The notes beneath the pieces are model-generated. The model saw nothing but the letters and a program-made list of their open reading frames with translations, did no database searches and was not told the origin of the DNA. A stretch of 55,422 nucleotides of DNA, filler included, from Trypethelium eluteriae (Eukaryota), in the NCBI GenBank assembly GCA_051942245.1. It is 3 parts of 3 records of this genome, joined end to end, with 100 filler letters (N's around TTAATTAATTAA, not from the genome) between each part and the next. Parts side by side here need not be neighbours in the genome. Positions count along the whole stretch, not along the records: positions 37,036 to 55,422 come from JAVECL010000567.1; 2 more parts are not named here. The stretch is one strand, 5' to 3'. How positions within the stretch are numbered: the first letter of the stretch is position 1; every line of letters begins with the position of its first letter. A program made the position numbers and the translations under genes. Shown in pieces: positions 42,058 to 54,100 of this stretch.

Positions 42058-43502
42058 GCAGTGGCTATGAAAAAGAGCGTCATGCACATTAAACGCAGTT
42101 CTGCGTCTGATCGTCTCTCTTCTCGCTTCTCTCTTACTTATCAACGTCGTAAGTGCGTGTTTTCTTGAGATCGGGTAGAGAATGGCAAAAGATCCTTCAC
42201 CATCGCCCGTATTGCCACGTCCACAGAAACAAGACTTCTTACAAAAGATAGGAACAAGTATCGGGCAGGATTTAGAAAGACGAGGTCTATAACAAGATAT
42301 GCCCGGTTAGCGGTGAATTATTATATCACAGTAGATTACCAATACTAATTGGCCTTATTCACACTCGGTAGACACTACTCTTAACCCCAAGGTTACTGGT
42401 AATTATATGAATGGACCAGACACTATGGATTTCATCGCCACTGTTCCTGATTCCTCGTGAACTTCGGCTTGACCAGGCTCCTCATTTCAGGCTTCATGGA
42501 AGTTTTTCCCCAGTATACAGAATGGTGGCCCTGCCTAAAGCGTTGCTGAGTGTAGCTGATGCTGCATATGATCGGACTTCTGCGCAATGCCGGCGTCTCT
42601 CTTCCCGACTTCAGTAGCTCAGACGAAGTTTCTTCAAGAACTCATGGATTTTTGGCAAAGTCGTCATAGCTGCTTTAGGTGATCTGGACATGAGCTTATT
42701 ATGTAAGAAGCTATGGGCCTGCTGGTGTTGTGAGAGATCATGAGATTACTAAGTCACAAGCAGCGACGCAACTGCTGCTGATGGAATAGACAGATTTTGA
42801 CATATGTCCATGACTTTAAATTGTGGTTATCACGCGAATGTGGGTGGAATGTTCTCGACTTGAGATGTTGCCAAGCTATGTTTGCTTTTTTAAAGCCACC
42901 GCCCAACAGATCTGCCTAGGCACTGATCGCCCTAGAGTCACCAAACTGTCTTCGGTCTGATCACGAGTGGCGCATGGCTTTGATTGCATCCTATGGCGAA
43001 GTGTTGATGCATATTTTCTTAGAAAATATTATTGGCTGATAGGATGAAGTATTTGCCTAGACGCAAAGACGAAACGCCCGCCGGGCAAAGGGAGATCCCT
43101 GTAGAATACAGACAGTCAGATAGCTTGCTGCCTGCGCATGCAAGCTCTGCCTTATGCATGAGGGTCTGATTTTAAAGCAATGCGACTTTGAACCGCGCCT
43201 GCCGTCCAGCCTCAGGATCGACAGGCGCGCCTGAGGTACGACCACCTCGTAAGTAATATACTGAACCTGCTGTCGTCAGCCTAATGGAGGTTTGATCTCC
43301 ATCATAAGAGAATTAGGCCAAAGACTGTTCTATTTAAATGCTTTACATTGTTCCGTTCCATTCCGTTAGCACAGCCTAGCAGGCCTATTGACGATACCTC
43401 CATAAGTTATGAGAAATTGAGTACCTGGGAGTCGACACTTGCAATAAGCGATCAAGCTATTAAGCCTCGCTAGATAACATCTGTCGCTGATATTGAGGCG
43501 AG

Positions 43503-44792
43503 ATGATGAGTTCCACTGTGAACAGCCTCGCAAATCAGTGGAACAACCCCAATGACGTTTTGTCGGTTCTGCTTATCATTGGCGGCGACATTGTTCAGGC
43601 TGCCCTCGCACAAACCACTGGCGGCCTTTTCACACCAGTATGCTTTTCCTTTGGCTGGGTTGCCTACTCCTTCTCTGCCATCGTCGGTATGATCGGTGAA
43701 GGAAGATTATTACCGTCTCTAGATTATCCTGTCAAAGTCTTCAATTTGGAAAGCGGATATTACAGGGAGAACAAGAATTGGGTGATAGGTCGGCTTCTGA
43801 GAGATAATGAGCGGCAGGTATCTAAAAGATATCCTCTGGAGGATTTCTCCTTACGGATTTCTATTTACCAAGCTCAACCGAGTAAGGCACCACACCGGTA
43901 CCGGCTCTTCGCTCCCGCATTGAACAGCATTGTAGCCACCAGTGTAGCGATCATGACGGCTCAACTAGCGACTGCCGCAATACCATTTATACTCTATGGG
44001 TCGTGGGAAATACTCTTGATAACCGCAGCGGGCACAGTCCTTGCACTTGGGGCTGGCGGTCTTCCTCAATGGAAAGCAGAGAAGCTTTATGCTCGACAAA
44101 AAGCTAAGAAGAATGTGGTGTTACTGAGTGGTAATGGTCAACGAGATGTAATGATAATCCTAGGACGTGGAGAAGCATTAGACTTAGAAGATCTTGCTGC
44201 TGCAGGGAGCCCACGATTATCACGTCCCTGGGAAAACTTTTCAGGACTGAGTCGGCCCACAAACATGCACGACAGTATGGAAAAAGGTGATGAGCACAAA
44301 CTAAATCGAAAAGCCATTTTATGGATGCAACTTCCTATCGGTTTCTGGATTACCTGGATGCTTTGCGCTATTGAGGTAACATGCTGGCTCGCACTGCTGA
44401 TTACTGTAGCGGGCTTGGGCAAGAACACGTGGTACCTTTTTGCTGTCGGTGGGCTGGGCATGTTACAAAATGCAATTGTTGCAGCAATTGATCGAACTCC
44501 AGAGAGTCGTGATGTTCCTGTCAAGCTTCTTGACTGCATAATAGTGAAGAAAGTCATGGACGGTTTAATGGATCTTGAAAACACATATTGTGGATTTGGC
44601 AGGTGCCTTTTGCAAGAGTTTTTTCCTAGCGATCTTCGAGATGATGAGGTTTGCTGGTGGAATTATGACTTGCCCGAAGATTATGAGAGAGCACGGATAA
44701 AGGACAGGTCAAGAGGTATTCCTCGCAAGAGAATGCTTGATTTGAGAGATCCGCCTTTAAAGACCATGGATTCGGACATGGAGGCGCCATGA
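43503..44792 (+). CDS. Uncharacterised multi-pass membrane protein (429 aa, intronless)
   Basis: Long intact ORF with 4-6 hydrophobic segments (VLSVLLIIGG, FSFGWVAYSFSAIVGMIG, VAIMTAQLATAAIPFILYG, ILLITAAGTVLALGAG, WMLCAIEVTCWLALLITVAGL, WYLFAVGGLGMLQNAIVAAI). No domain that I can name. Confidence 0.85.
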   Translation: MMSSTVNSLANQWNNPNDVLSVLLIIGGDIVQAALAQTTGGLFTPVCFSFGWVAYSFSAIVGMIGEGRLLPSLDYPVKVFNLESGYYRENKNWVIGRLLRDNERQVSKRYPLEDFSLRISIYQAQPSKAPHRYRLFAPALNSIVATSVAIMTAQLATAAIPFILYGSWEILLITAAGTVLALGAGGLPQWKAEKLYARQKAKKNVVLLSGNGQRDVMIILGRGEALDLEDLAAAGSPRLSRPWENFSGLSRPTNMHDSMEKGDEHKLNRKAILWMQLPIGFWITWMLCAIEVTCWLALLITVAGLGKNTWYLFAVGGLGMLQNAIVAAIDRTPESRDVPVKLLDCIIVKKVMDGLMDLENTYCGFGRCLLQEFFPSDLRDDEVCWWNYDLPEDYERARIKDRSRGIPRKRMLDLRDPPLKTMDSDMEAP

Positions 44793-45199
44793 CCGATCAC
44801 GCTGACGGGTCTCAACTCTCGCTTCACGCCTCACACTCCTCACAATCCCCACAACAATGGCTTGTCGCAGCAATCTTAGGCTACGCCGAATTGAAAAAAG
44901 TCCTTCCTTATCACGAATGGAGCAGGAGTTACTAATCGAGACTGTAGAAGGTCCCGTTGACCCTTTTTTCTTTTCTTTTCTTTGTTGAGGCTCTTCTCTT
45001 GGCTCTGTTCCCAAAGAAGACCGACAGTCCGTGCCGATCCAACGAAAAAAGAAAAAGGCTATCGCGGTAGGACGATCTCAGAGCGCTAAATAACACTGGG
45101 GTGCTAGACACCCTGGCCGAGGTTTCTGCAGTAGACTTTGCTAGCGGCAAAGCTATCTATGCTAGCAAGATTTCACCAAATTGAGAAGATTGTAAAACT

Positions 45200-45600
45200 C
45201 TAGAGGTAGTTGAGACTTATATTTTGATGTTGTAATAAACAACTGAATGGGTGGTGAAAGCTTGTAGATTAAGCTATGGAGGCGAGGATATCTATATACG
45301 TAGCCAATTTATGAACCTCACCCCTATTCACGTGATAGGATTGCCAATTTCCTCATAAGATTGCCTTCTCACACATCACATGCAACATCATATTTACTTA
45401 ATTTATTGGGATTGGATTGTCTTCTGATGGCGTGAAAGACAGTAGTTCTATTACATGATGATTAGTAGCTGGCATACGTTGCCTCAGCTGTTAGAATACA
45501 TATGTGTTCACCTTCATAGCTTAATCTATGAGCTTGCATCATTCATTTATCATCGTCATCGTTCAATGATCCTATCACTAAATCTTAGCTGTTGCTAAAT
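45200..45600. repeat. Degenerate inverted repeat pair (possible MITE relic)
   Basis: TAGATTAAGCTATG (45265-45278) versus CATAGCTTAATCTA (45515-45528) is a perfect 14-bp core. Similarity extends about 45 bp, mostly by transition mismatches. Confidence 0.6.
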
Positions 45601-46642
45601 TATATTTATCTCTTTTATCTCCTTGTATGAAAACTACGGAAATGAGCACTACGCTTTTTAGTGTCTGGAGAAGACCCAAACGATCCACATGGGTAGGGTC
45701 ACCAATGGTTCATATACCCCATTATAACTTTGGGAATGAAGCGGTCGCTCTCCGCACTGTTAGGTTATGAATCCAGGCTGGCATAACTCGTTTAGCGTTG
45801 CTTTAGATAGATATGAACTTGAATTAAGAGGTAAAATCCATGGAGGGTAAGCCTAATTAGGTTCTGAGTTTGAGTCACACTATCACCACTATAAAAGCTC
45901 TCCACCAGAACTGTGCTGGGATGAGTGAGTGTGATGGTAGATATACTCCATGATAAATCCTGAGCAAGAAGCGGTCGCTTTTTGCACTGTCAGTCACAGC
46001 GGTGAAACCCTTCAATTCAAGCTCAGTACGTAGTCTAGTACAAGACTGTATTTATCAAGGCAAGGCACAACGAAGTAGCTGAGTTGTGCTCTATTACTAC
46101 TCAGATGCTTGCTTTCTCTAACTTAGTTAACCTCCTAAGAACCCCAATTATTAAAGCAATGGTTTATGCTAATGCCTTCTATTCACTACGTGACTTCACC
46201 AGTATGTTCGTTAGCATGGTGAAGACGTCAGGTTTTGTCATTCCCTGGAGATGAAATTGCCTTTTGCTAGTATTCTTGATCAAGCAATTAGAAAGCATGA
46301 GGCGAGAGATCTCTCTTTATTTCAGCTCAGATGCGGAGAATATGCTGACAGTTTCATCACATGCGGCACCATTGACGAGCAAATGGGGTCTAATTTCTCG
46401 GATTTTGGCAGCTTATTTGATTTTGGCTCTAGACAGCGCGAAGAGAAAGTAGACCTTCATGAAAACCTTTTTGATACTACAGATGGACATATGCAAGGCA
46501 TGATTACATCCACTGAAACACGCAGATGGCTCTTCATATAGCCAAGCAGCACTCCTAACGGAGTTTTATGCATGAAAAGAGCCTGCAAAGTGACTGTGGT
46601 TTTGTAGATTTTTGAAGCAAGACTTTGACACAGTTTCTTAAA

Positions 46643-49340
46643 TTAATCACTTAGTAAATTATACCACCTCTTGGGCGAAACTTTGGGTGTCATTGTTGCA
46701 GCTCTCTGAATGGCACCGGGCGCTGGCTCTGGCTGTGCTTGTGCTGCTGACCCTGCTGGTGCTGCTTGGTTTTGTTTGTCAGATCCCATTAGAAAAAGTG
46801 AAGTCGTCAGCGAACGTATCAGCTTTGATGAAGCAGGCGCGCTTGTGACACGCTTAGTCACATTGTCCGAAGTATTGTTTGCAAATGTTGAACCTTCCTT
46901 GCCACCAACGTACCATTTGGTCTTAGAATCCAACTCCACCCCTAAAACCATGTCTTGCGGGATATTTGTGCGACTCAGGATGCGTTCTTTTGTTTCAGTA
47001 GAGTCCTGATGGCCTAGCAGACGTTTTACGTAAACGCGACACACAATAATCACGTGATATGTTGTGGGTGTCGCATGCGCCTCTATCTCTGCTGGCGGAC
47101 TTGTTTGAATGATCTCAACGAGCAAACCCAGCTGGGATGATTGCATCGAGCTGGAATGACTCAATATCACGGCAAATTTATTAGTGGTGCCTCTAGGAAA
47201 TCGGGGTATGGTTCTGTGAAGGCGAATCTCTGCCGGCCTTACCGAGTACCATTCCGACGAAGAAGGGTTGATAGTCGCAAACAAGAATTCGTCATTAACG
47301 GTGTGAGGATCTAGAATCCTTTCCCTGGCATTTTGTGTATGCAGAAGGAAGCCGGGATAAATGACCAGCAGACCTTTATTAGTCTCAAGCGTTGCTAATT
47401 TAGATGAAGCTCTCAAAGGATCCGGGTGGTCCAATTTTTTTCCTACCATGAATGTCTTGGGTGCCCACCTAAATCCATCTATATCAATTTTATCTCCGGG
47501 AAGGAAGATTATCCCGCTGGGAATCGAGTGAGGGTAGGCTTCTTCCAATAGATTCCATAAGTCTCTTATTTTCTTCTGAATATCTTCCGGATCTCTGGCC
47601 GTGGAATGCACACTGGCCTCTGCAAAAGAGGCATGTCGATTTATAAGGTTGAACAAGGTGGCAAGAGCTATGACTTCATGCTCTGCGTGGGTCGTTGTCT
47701 ATATATAGATGCATAAGCATGTTGATTAAGAGAAAGAGCGAGTAGAAAAATTGAGTGCCTACCCTCCAATGAGCTGCACGCCACGCACTTATAACGAGTG
47801 AGATGTTGCTGTCTTGATTTGCTGACCGAATGCGATCCAAACGTTCCTGACCCATAATATTGTAGAAATAATACCTTGCTGCATTCGGAATATTCGTCCT
47901 GTTTTCATCCAGAGACCTGGTGATGACCTGTTTGCTTGTAATTTGATACTGATCTTCTAACTCGTCTAGGTCGACCAAATGGTTGTCGTTGAATACAAAG
48001 AAGACTCTCCTACTGAGGTACACTTCTTGGAGGGTCCATAGGCGTCGCATCCAACCACAGGCGAAAATTTTCATCGCTGTCATTTCGAAGAACGTACCAC
48101 GAGGCACTACTCTTAAACCGTTATCTATAATGATAGTGTACTTGGCTCGTGTATATATATTGTAAATTTGTCGGACAGCTCTTACTCTGAGCTTGTCAGG
48201 ACTCACCGGAATTGCAAGTGTGTTAATCCAAAACGCGATACCATCTGTATTATGGCCATGGTCCTTGAGCTCTCCGAAGAGGCCTCTGAAATACTTAAGT
48301 TGGCATAATCTGAGCTCATTCCTGTCTGTGTTGCCGTATCCGTCGGCCCATACATGAGAGATTGTAACATATTCAGGAACTTGGGCTGGAGCAACTGCTA
48401 TGACTTGGACCTGTAACTGATCTTCGGACCGTACGAACTTGAGAAGTGGTATTTTGTCCTCTGTAATAGCTTTCGCGATTTCAGTTGGTGCGGGGCCAAG
48501 ATCTCGGCAGGCCGCTTGATTGCAATTTGGCATATGTTGCGTCTTGTAGTATCCTTCGTCATTTTCTGCTTTCTTCTTGCAACTCTCTTCCGAGCAGAGT
48601 CCATGACCTTCGGTGAAACGTGGATGCGCCGCATATAGAAACAGCAATGCTATGGCCTGGAACTCTAGCTGGCTTCTTATTACGTGCATGACCCTTTTGC
48701 ACCAATTCGATTCTTCCATCTTGCTAATGACCACCCTTGGTGTACCCCAGCCCTCACCTACATTGCTGTGCCATCCGCGGATAGGAATTCTGGCATGCTT
48801 AACAATCTTTGCCGTTGAAGCGGCCAACGTTTCTCCAAGGACCATGAGCGAGAGAGCAATGGCTGGATCGACTCTATACGTTGTTGATTCTGCTGGTGGT
48901 TCTTTAGCAGCATCCGCGTGAAGTGAGCAATATTTTTGAACAACACGCCAAGCCTTGTCAAGCGCAGTTTGAGTGCGAAACATGCGCTTGAGTTGGCCGT
49001 TGGGGTGTTTGATCTCAGCTTCAATCCATTTGTCCAGGTACTTGGACAACGGCCTTGTTGTGATTTGTTTATAGTCTCTAAAACTATTTAAGTCAATCTC
49101 TTCGTCTGGGCCTAGGTACACCACCGTACTGAGGAGTCCAAAGAAGAGCCAGGACTGCAAGAATCGCGTGAAACTTGGACGATCAGCTGTACTGATTATC
49201 CTGAATTCGCCATTCTGTTTTAGCTCCCAGCCCTTGTTTTCTGGGAAAGCGTGAAACTTGTGTATGTTTGGGTCATAGCAGTTCTTGAAGTCGCTAACTT
49301 GGATCGACTCGCCTATGTTTTGGAGTCCCAAATGCTCCAT
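46643..49340 (-). CDS. HET-domain (heterokaryon incompatibility, PF06985-type) protein, 877 aa, 2 exons
   Basis: Exon 49340-47763, intron 47762-47699 (GTAGGC..TAG) and exon 47698-46643 join in frame (AAHWR|TTTHAEHEVIALATL). HET motifs YVTISHVWADGYGN, FWINTLAIP and WMRRLWTLQE; N-terminal FLQSWLFFGLL; downstream GFRWAPKTF. Confidence 0.9.
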
Positions 49341-51133
49341 AATTGACTGTCGGCTTTCGGATTATGAGTGACCCCAGATGTATAGTTAGGTAGAGTGCTG
49401 AATGGACAGGTTAGAGCTGCTTAGTTAAGGGATTCGGATGAGAACAAAGATCGGAAGTATGTTATATGGCCATCTGAATATCACTCTCGATCGCGAGGTC
49501 ACGCTGGCTTGATACCATATTCGCCTGGCTTGCCGCAAATACATACAGAAAGAACAAAAATAGTGCCTCCCAATAACACGTGATACGGATATCGTTCAGG
49601 GACCGACACGGTATGCACTCTGGAGTCTGAACGTAGAGCAAAGCTATAGATACAGTGGCTGGGCCATGATCAAAGTGATAGATGATACCTTTATTGTTAT
49701 GTAGCAGGCGCAAAGCTGACCGAACTCGGTATGATTGCTGAAAAGGCGCTGCAAGGCAAAATGACGTGTTTTAAGGCTTGAAAATAGCAATTAAAATACA
49801 GGTTTTTATGCGCCAGAGGGTGGATAGTATATCTCAGCCGAGACTCGGTAGAACCTGCGTTGCTTAGTTAACAATCCTCTTGACCGCTTTTTCAAAATTA
49901 TCAGGTCACATCAAAATGAATACAGTGATGACCAATACAAGATATGGACTGATCATTGTGAAAAGGAGAAATCTACTGCTCGATGCGGCTGCAAGTAGAG
50001 GCTGTATTCTGTGGCTGTTGGCTAAAACACCTTACACGGATCAACAGTGGTAAGAGGAGAGGAAGCATGATAAAGCACCTCAGCACCTGCCATTCTCAGT
50101 CTGTATCGGGGCGTCCGTCTTTGCACTGTCTGTACTTCCAGGATGCGCAGTAGGAGTCCAGGCGCTTAGGTCCCATACACGACAAAAGAACCAAAGGATG
50201 GATCAAGTTTTGGAGCCTAGCCCGACGCGAGGTAATCTTATTGGAAAAGAAATTAGAGAGATCTACGAAGCATCAGAGAATTTACCACTAAGGCTAAGCC
50301 ATTATACGTACCATCCTTTCATTTGCCGGATCTCCGTGGGATTACTTTAAAAAGAGTCTGAACCATCGTGCCACCCAACTAAAGTACCTGATGAGTCTTC
50401 CTGCATTTGGGAAAATGGACTCTACTTTTACAGCCTAGGACTTCGCATGTCTTTCTCCAAATGGCTCACAGAATCTAGAATTTCATTATGGTCAATTTGT
50501 GGAGATTATGTGGTGGCTTGGACTTCGATTGTGGGTGGGTGCATCAGACATCTCTGATCCGCAGGTGGATCCGGTGGGCTGTCTCCTACCCACCCACTCT
50601 CCTTGGGAGTTCGGCCTCGTCGCCCCCGATGGATGCCTGGCGCCCAGTGGGGCGGGGTCCGCACTCCATAATCCGAGGCAGAATCTGCATCAGTGCATGC
50701 TACAGTAAATGATCATTGTCTACAGCTTTATCGCAACCCGCTGAGATGCTGGAGTGCGGATCGAGTCCAAAGAGTGGATGCAAATTGCATGGGGTATGAG
50801 ATATGATAGGCTAGAGCTAATGGCTGAGAGCTACGAAGAAGTAGCCTGGGTAGGATTGTGCTGCGCAAGGGCTGAAACGCCACCCCGTGCAGTGGGTCTC
50901 CCATGCTACATGGCCCCACCTGTTTTATTAAATGATCAGTGTCCTTCTCCAATGCGGCTGAAAGCTAGGTCACGTATAATAAACGTGCAGCAGCATACGG
51001 TGATACCCTTGTCGTATTCTGCGCTAAAGCTGTCGTGCCCTGCAATATCAAGCTCCACGCAACAATCCTAGTGTTATCATGGAAATGACCAAGGTCATTC
51101 AGGACGCTTTCTTGCTTAGCCATCATTTCGCTA

Positions 51134-54100
51134 ATGACCACATAGCCATTGGTTTTATTTAAGCGCAAACACGAACTCCAAAGGATTAAAGATGCAACTT
51201 CTCAAATCCCAGGCATCATGTAAGTACTACAATTTTCAGGGTGACTTGAAGCTGACTAGCATATAACCTACAGCATTGTATTCGTGCATCCAATGAAATC
51301 TAGAAGATACAAGGCACAACGCGCTCAGTGTGTTAAAGTGCTCAAGAGTGCGAGGAAAGATATTCAGGTTGACAGCTTTGTCTTTGAGCAGAGCAGAAAG
51401 GCTCTGCAGAAGAGTCACTACATACAGGACTTGTTAACATCACTCCTAGAGCTTCTAATCAGCCAGCAGCACGTAAGTATTCCAGACAATAGTATTGTGT
51501 TCAACCGCTTTGTTACTGCAAGAACTTTCAAACATCATGCTAAGAGCTTATCAGATGACTGGTGCTGTCAAGTTTATCTTCATTGCATTCAGTATTGGAG
51601 AATGGATAGTTCGAGGTGCCCTAACTAGAGACAATCCATCTGAAAGTCTTAATATAGCGGAAAATACCAAGGCCTTTGTTCTGAAACTTGATAGTTCGGC
51701 TGATTTCGCAGACCTCAAGTCTGATTTTGAAAAGAAAAATCACAAGTTGATTGAGACCTGGGAGGAAGAGTTCAGGCAGCGGGTCTCCTTTGTAGAAAGG
51801 GAGAGAGGACACGGTCCCACAGAATACAGGCCTAATCATATTCTACAGGTAAGCGTCACATGGAAAACTTCTTTTTGGAGGTATTAAGTCCTAAAGGCTG
51901 GCCCATTTTAGCAGAGACGATTAACAATGGACGTCGCAAAATATGGCAGTGAATCAGAGTCGAGAACGATTTCCATCAAATCTAATCAATCAGTGGAAGC
52001 CCAGCAGCTTGTGGCAGTTTACGATCTGCTTAAGATTAGAGAAGATTCAGGCGAGTTGAGTTCCTGCATGCCAAGACCTTTGGCCATCTGACAGGTGCGT
52101 AGAACGTCAGGATCAGTCTGAGTTCCACGACTTAGTAGGATCGCGTACTAAGGAGACCCCAAAAGTCGACGTCCCAGTCAAACACCGCAACAATACGATT
52201 GACGCTTTGATGCATCACCTGCTGGGGCACAGCAGCGATTGTGTTTCGCATCCTTGATCATCTAAACGAGAACCTGGAAGCATAGAAACAAATGAGTTTG
52301 GTATTTATACTAACAAACGTACGTCTTCTCTAAAGAAACCGCATCGCGAATTAGAATTCTTGACTGAGAACTCCCTTCATGGACATGCAGTATGGCCAGC
52401 TAAGCCGGACAAGGAAACGTCTCAGGACGTAGAGCGGCTACAAAGCCAATTTGCGCTGGCTTAATCTCTTTATGAAGGTGGCGACCTTTCGGAAGCTTTT
52501 CTATGTTGTAATAGAATCCTTGAGACCCTTGAAAAATCGTTTAATGCACACATGCTGCAGCAGACTGATATGCAAGTATTTGCTTATGAGGTTAAGCGAG
52601 AGAAGTATATTGTGGAACTTTATTGAGGTCTTCTTCGACAGGCAGAACGTCATTTCCAGGACGCCGAGGAAGAAATTTGCGGTAATCAAAGTTTGGGTCC
52701 TTGACACTATTTGTGCATCAGCTTCAAGAACTGGCAAGCTTTCTCTTTGATTAAGAATGGACCTTTTAGTGAAGTTCTGGCCGATTTTGTCTCTCGGAAA
52801 CGGGATTTAGCCGAGCCATATTGGTCCGCCTTTAACAGGGTTGAACCAGGACTCTGGGAAAATGCTTTGAATCTAATCCGATCGCTTGCACTGGCTCAAA
52901 ATGGCAATTACTGAGAGGCGATTGAGATTGCACTAAGATATCTGAATTAAGACCAGAATAACTACAGAACGCCTGAAGGACTGGACAAAGCTGTTGCTGA
53001 CAATAAAGTTACTTCCATAAGCTTCGCACAGTATCCTGCTTCTTGGGAGGCGTCAGCAAGAATAAAATTTGAGTTGGCGTCAATATATTGCCTAGGAGAG
53101 TGATTTAAGGATGCTTGGGAAATGAACGAAGAAGTGCTCCTCATTATGAGAAACTGTCTTGGCAGAAGCCATTACGAGACTCTTACATCAAACAGCTTGC
53201 GATGCGCCTTACTTGCAGCAAATGGGTCTATTGATGAAGCAGAAATTGAGGCTATACAGACTCTGAAAATCATTCAATTGCGCCTAGGGCATTCCCATCC
53301 AGTAACCCTTCGGCATCTGGCAACGTTGGCAGCCATTTTTAGAGCTCAAGGTCGCTTTGCTAAGGCCAAGGCCAGCATTCTACGGCTATGCAGTGAGTAC
53401 GATGACCATCCTGAGCTACGCTTAACACATCTGGATGCTATGGAAGCGAATAACGAGCTTTGCATGATACAGCTTGCTCTTGGACAAATTGCTGCCGCAT
53501 TGCAAACGCAGAGAAGGGTGCTGGAAGTCACACGGCAAAATTTGCGCGCTGGCCACCCGATCCTAGCAAGATACTGTCAAACGATGTCTTGAGTTCGCTT
53601 CGCGGAAAACATGTCATGAGACGCATTAAAGTATGCTTTCGAAGCTTTCAAGATTCACCGCGCATCTGGCTCCAAAGATCCTTCATTGTCCTTATTTGAA
53701 TCGAGACTGGAGACGGAGGTAAAGCAGTCACTGGAGAACTTTGGTTGAGATCTAACTCCTTGGCCATCTTTGCTACCTATATTAATCCTGATAGATGTTG
53801 AGCTAATAGCATTAGCGATGCATGAACTTGGCAATAATAAATTTGCTCTAGACTTACTCAACGTAGTCTTAAGTATACGGCTCAGAGAACGCGGAGAAGG
53901 ACATCCAGAGACGATCTCCACGCGGCTAGAACTTGGCGTCCTTTGTGCCAAGATGGGTGATGCCAAATCTGGGTTTGAACACTTGAAACAGGCTTCAAAT
54001 AGCGCATCTAAATCCCTGGGCAAGTTGCATCCAGTAACGCTAAGAGCTAGGCATGAGCTTAGTAGTGCTAGATATTATCCTGATGGATTTGAAACTGACA

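Noticed and set aside
44955..45060. T-rich / A-rich complementary tracts downstream of the TM gene
   Set aside because: Low-complexity complementarity, not a convincing inverted repeat.
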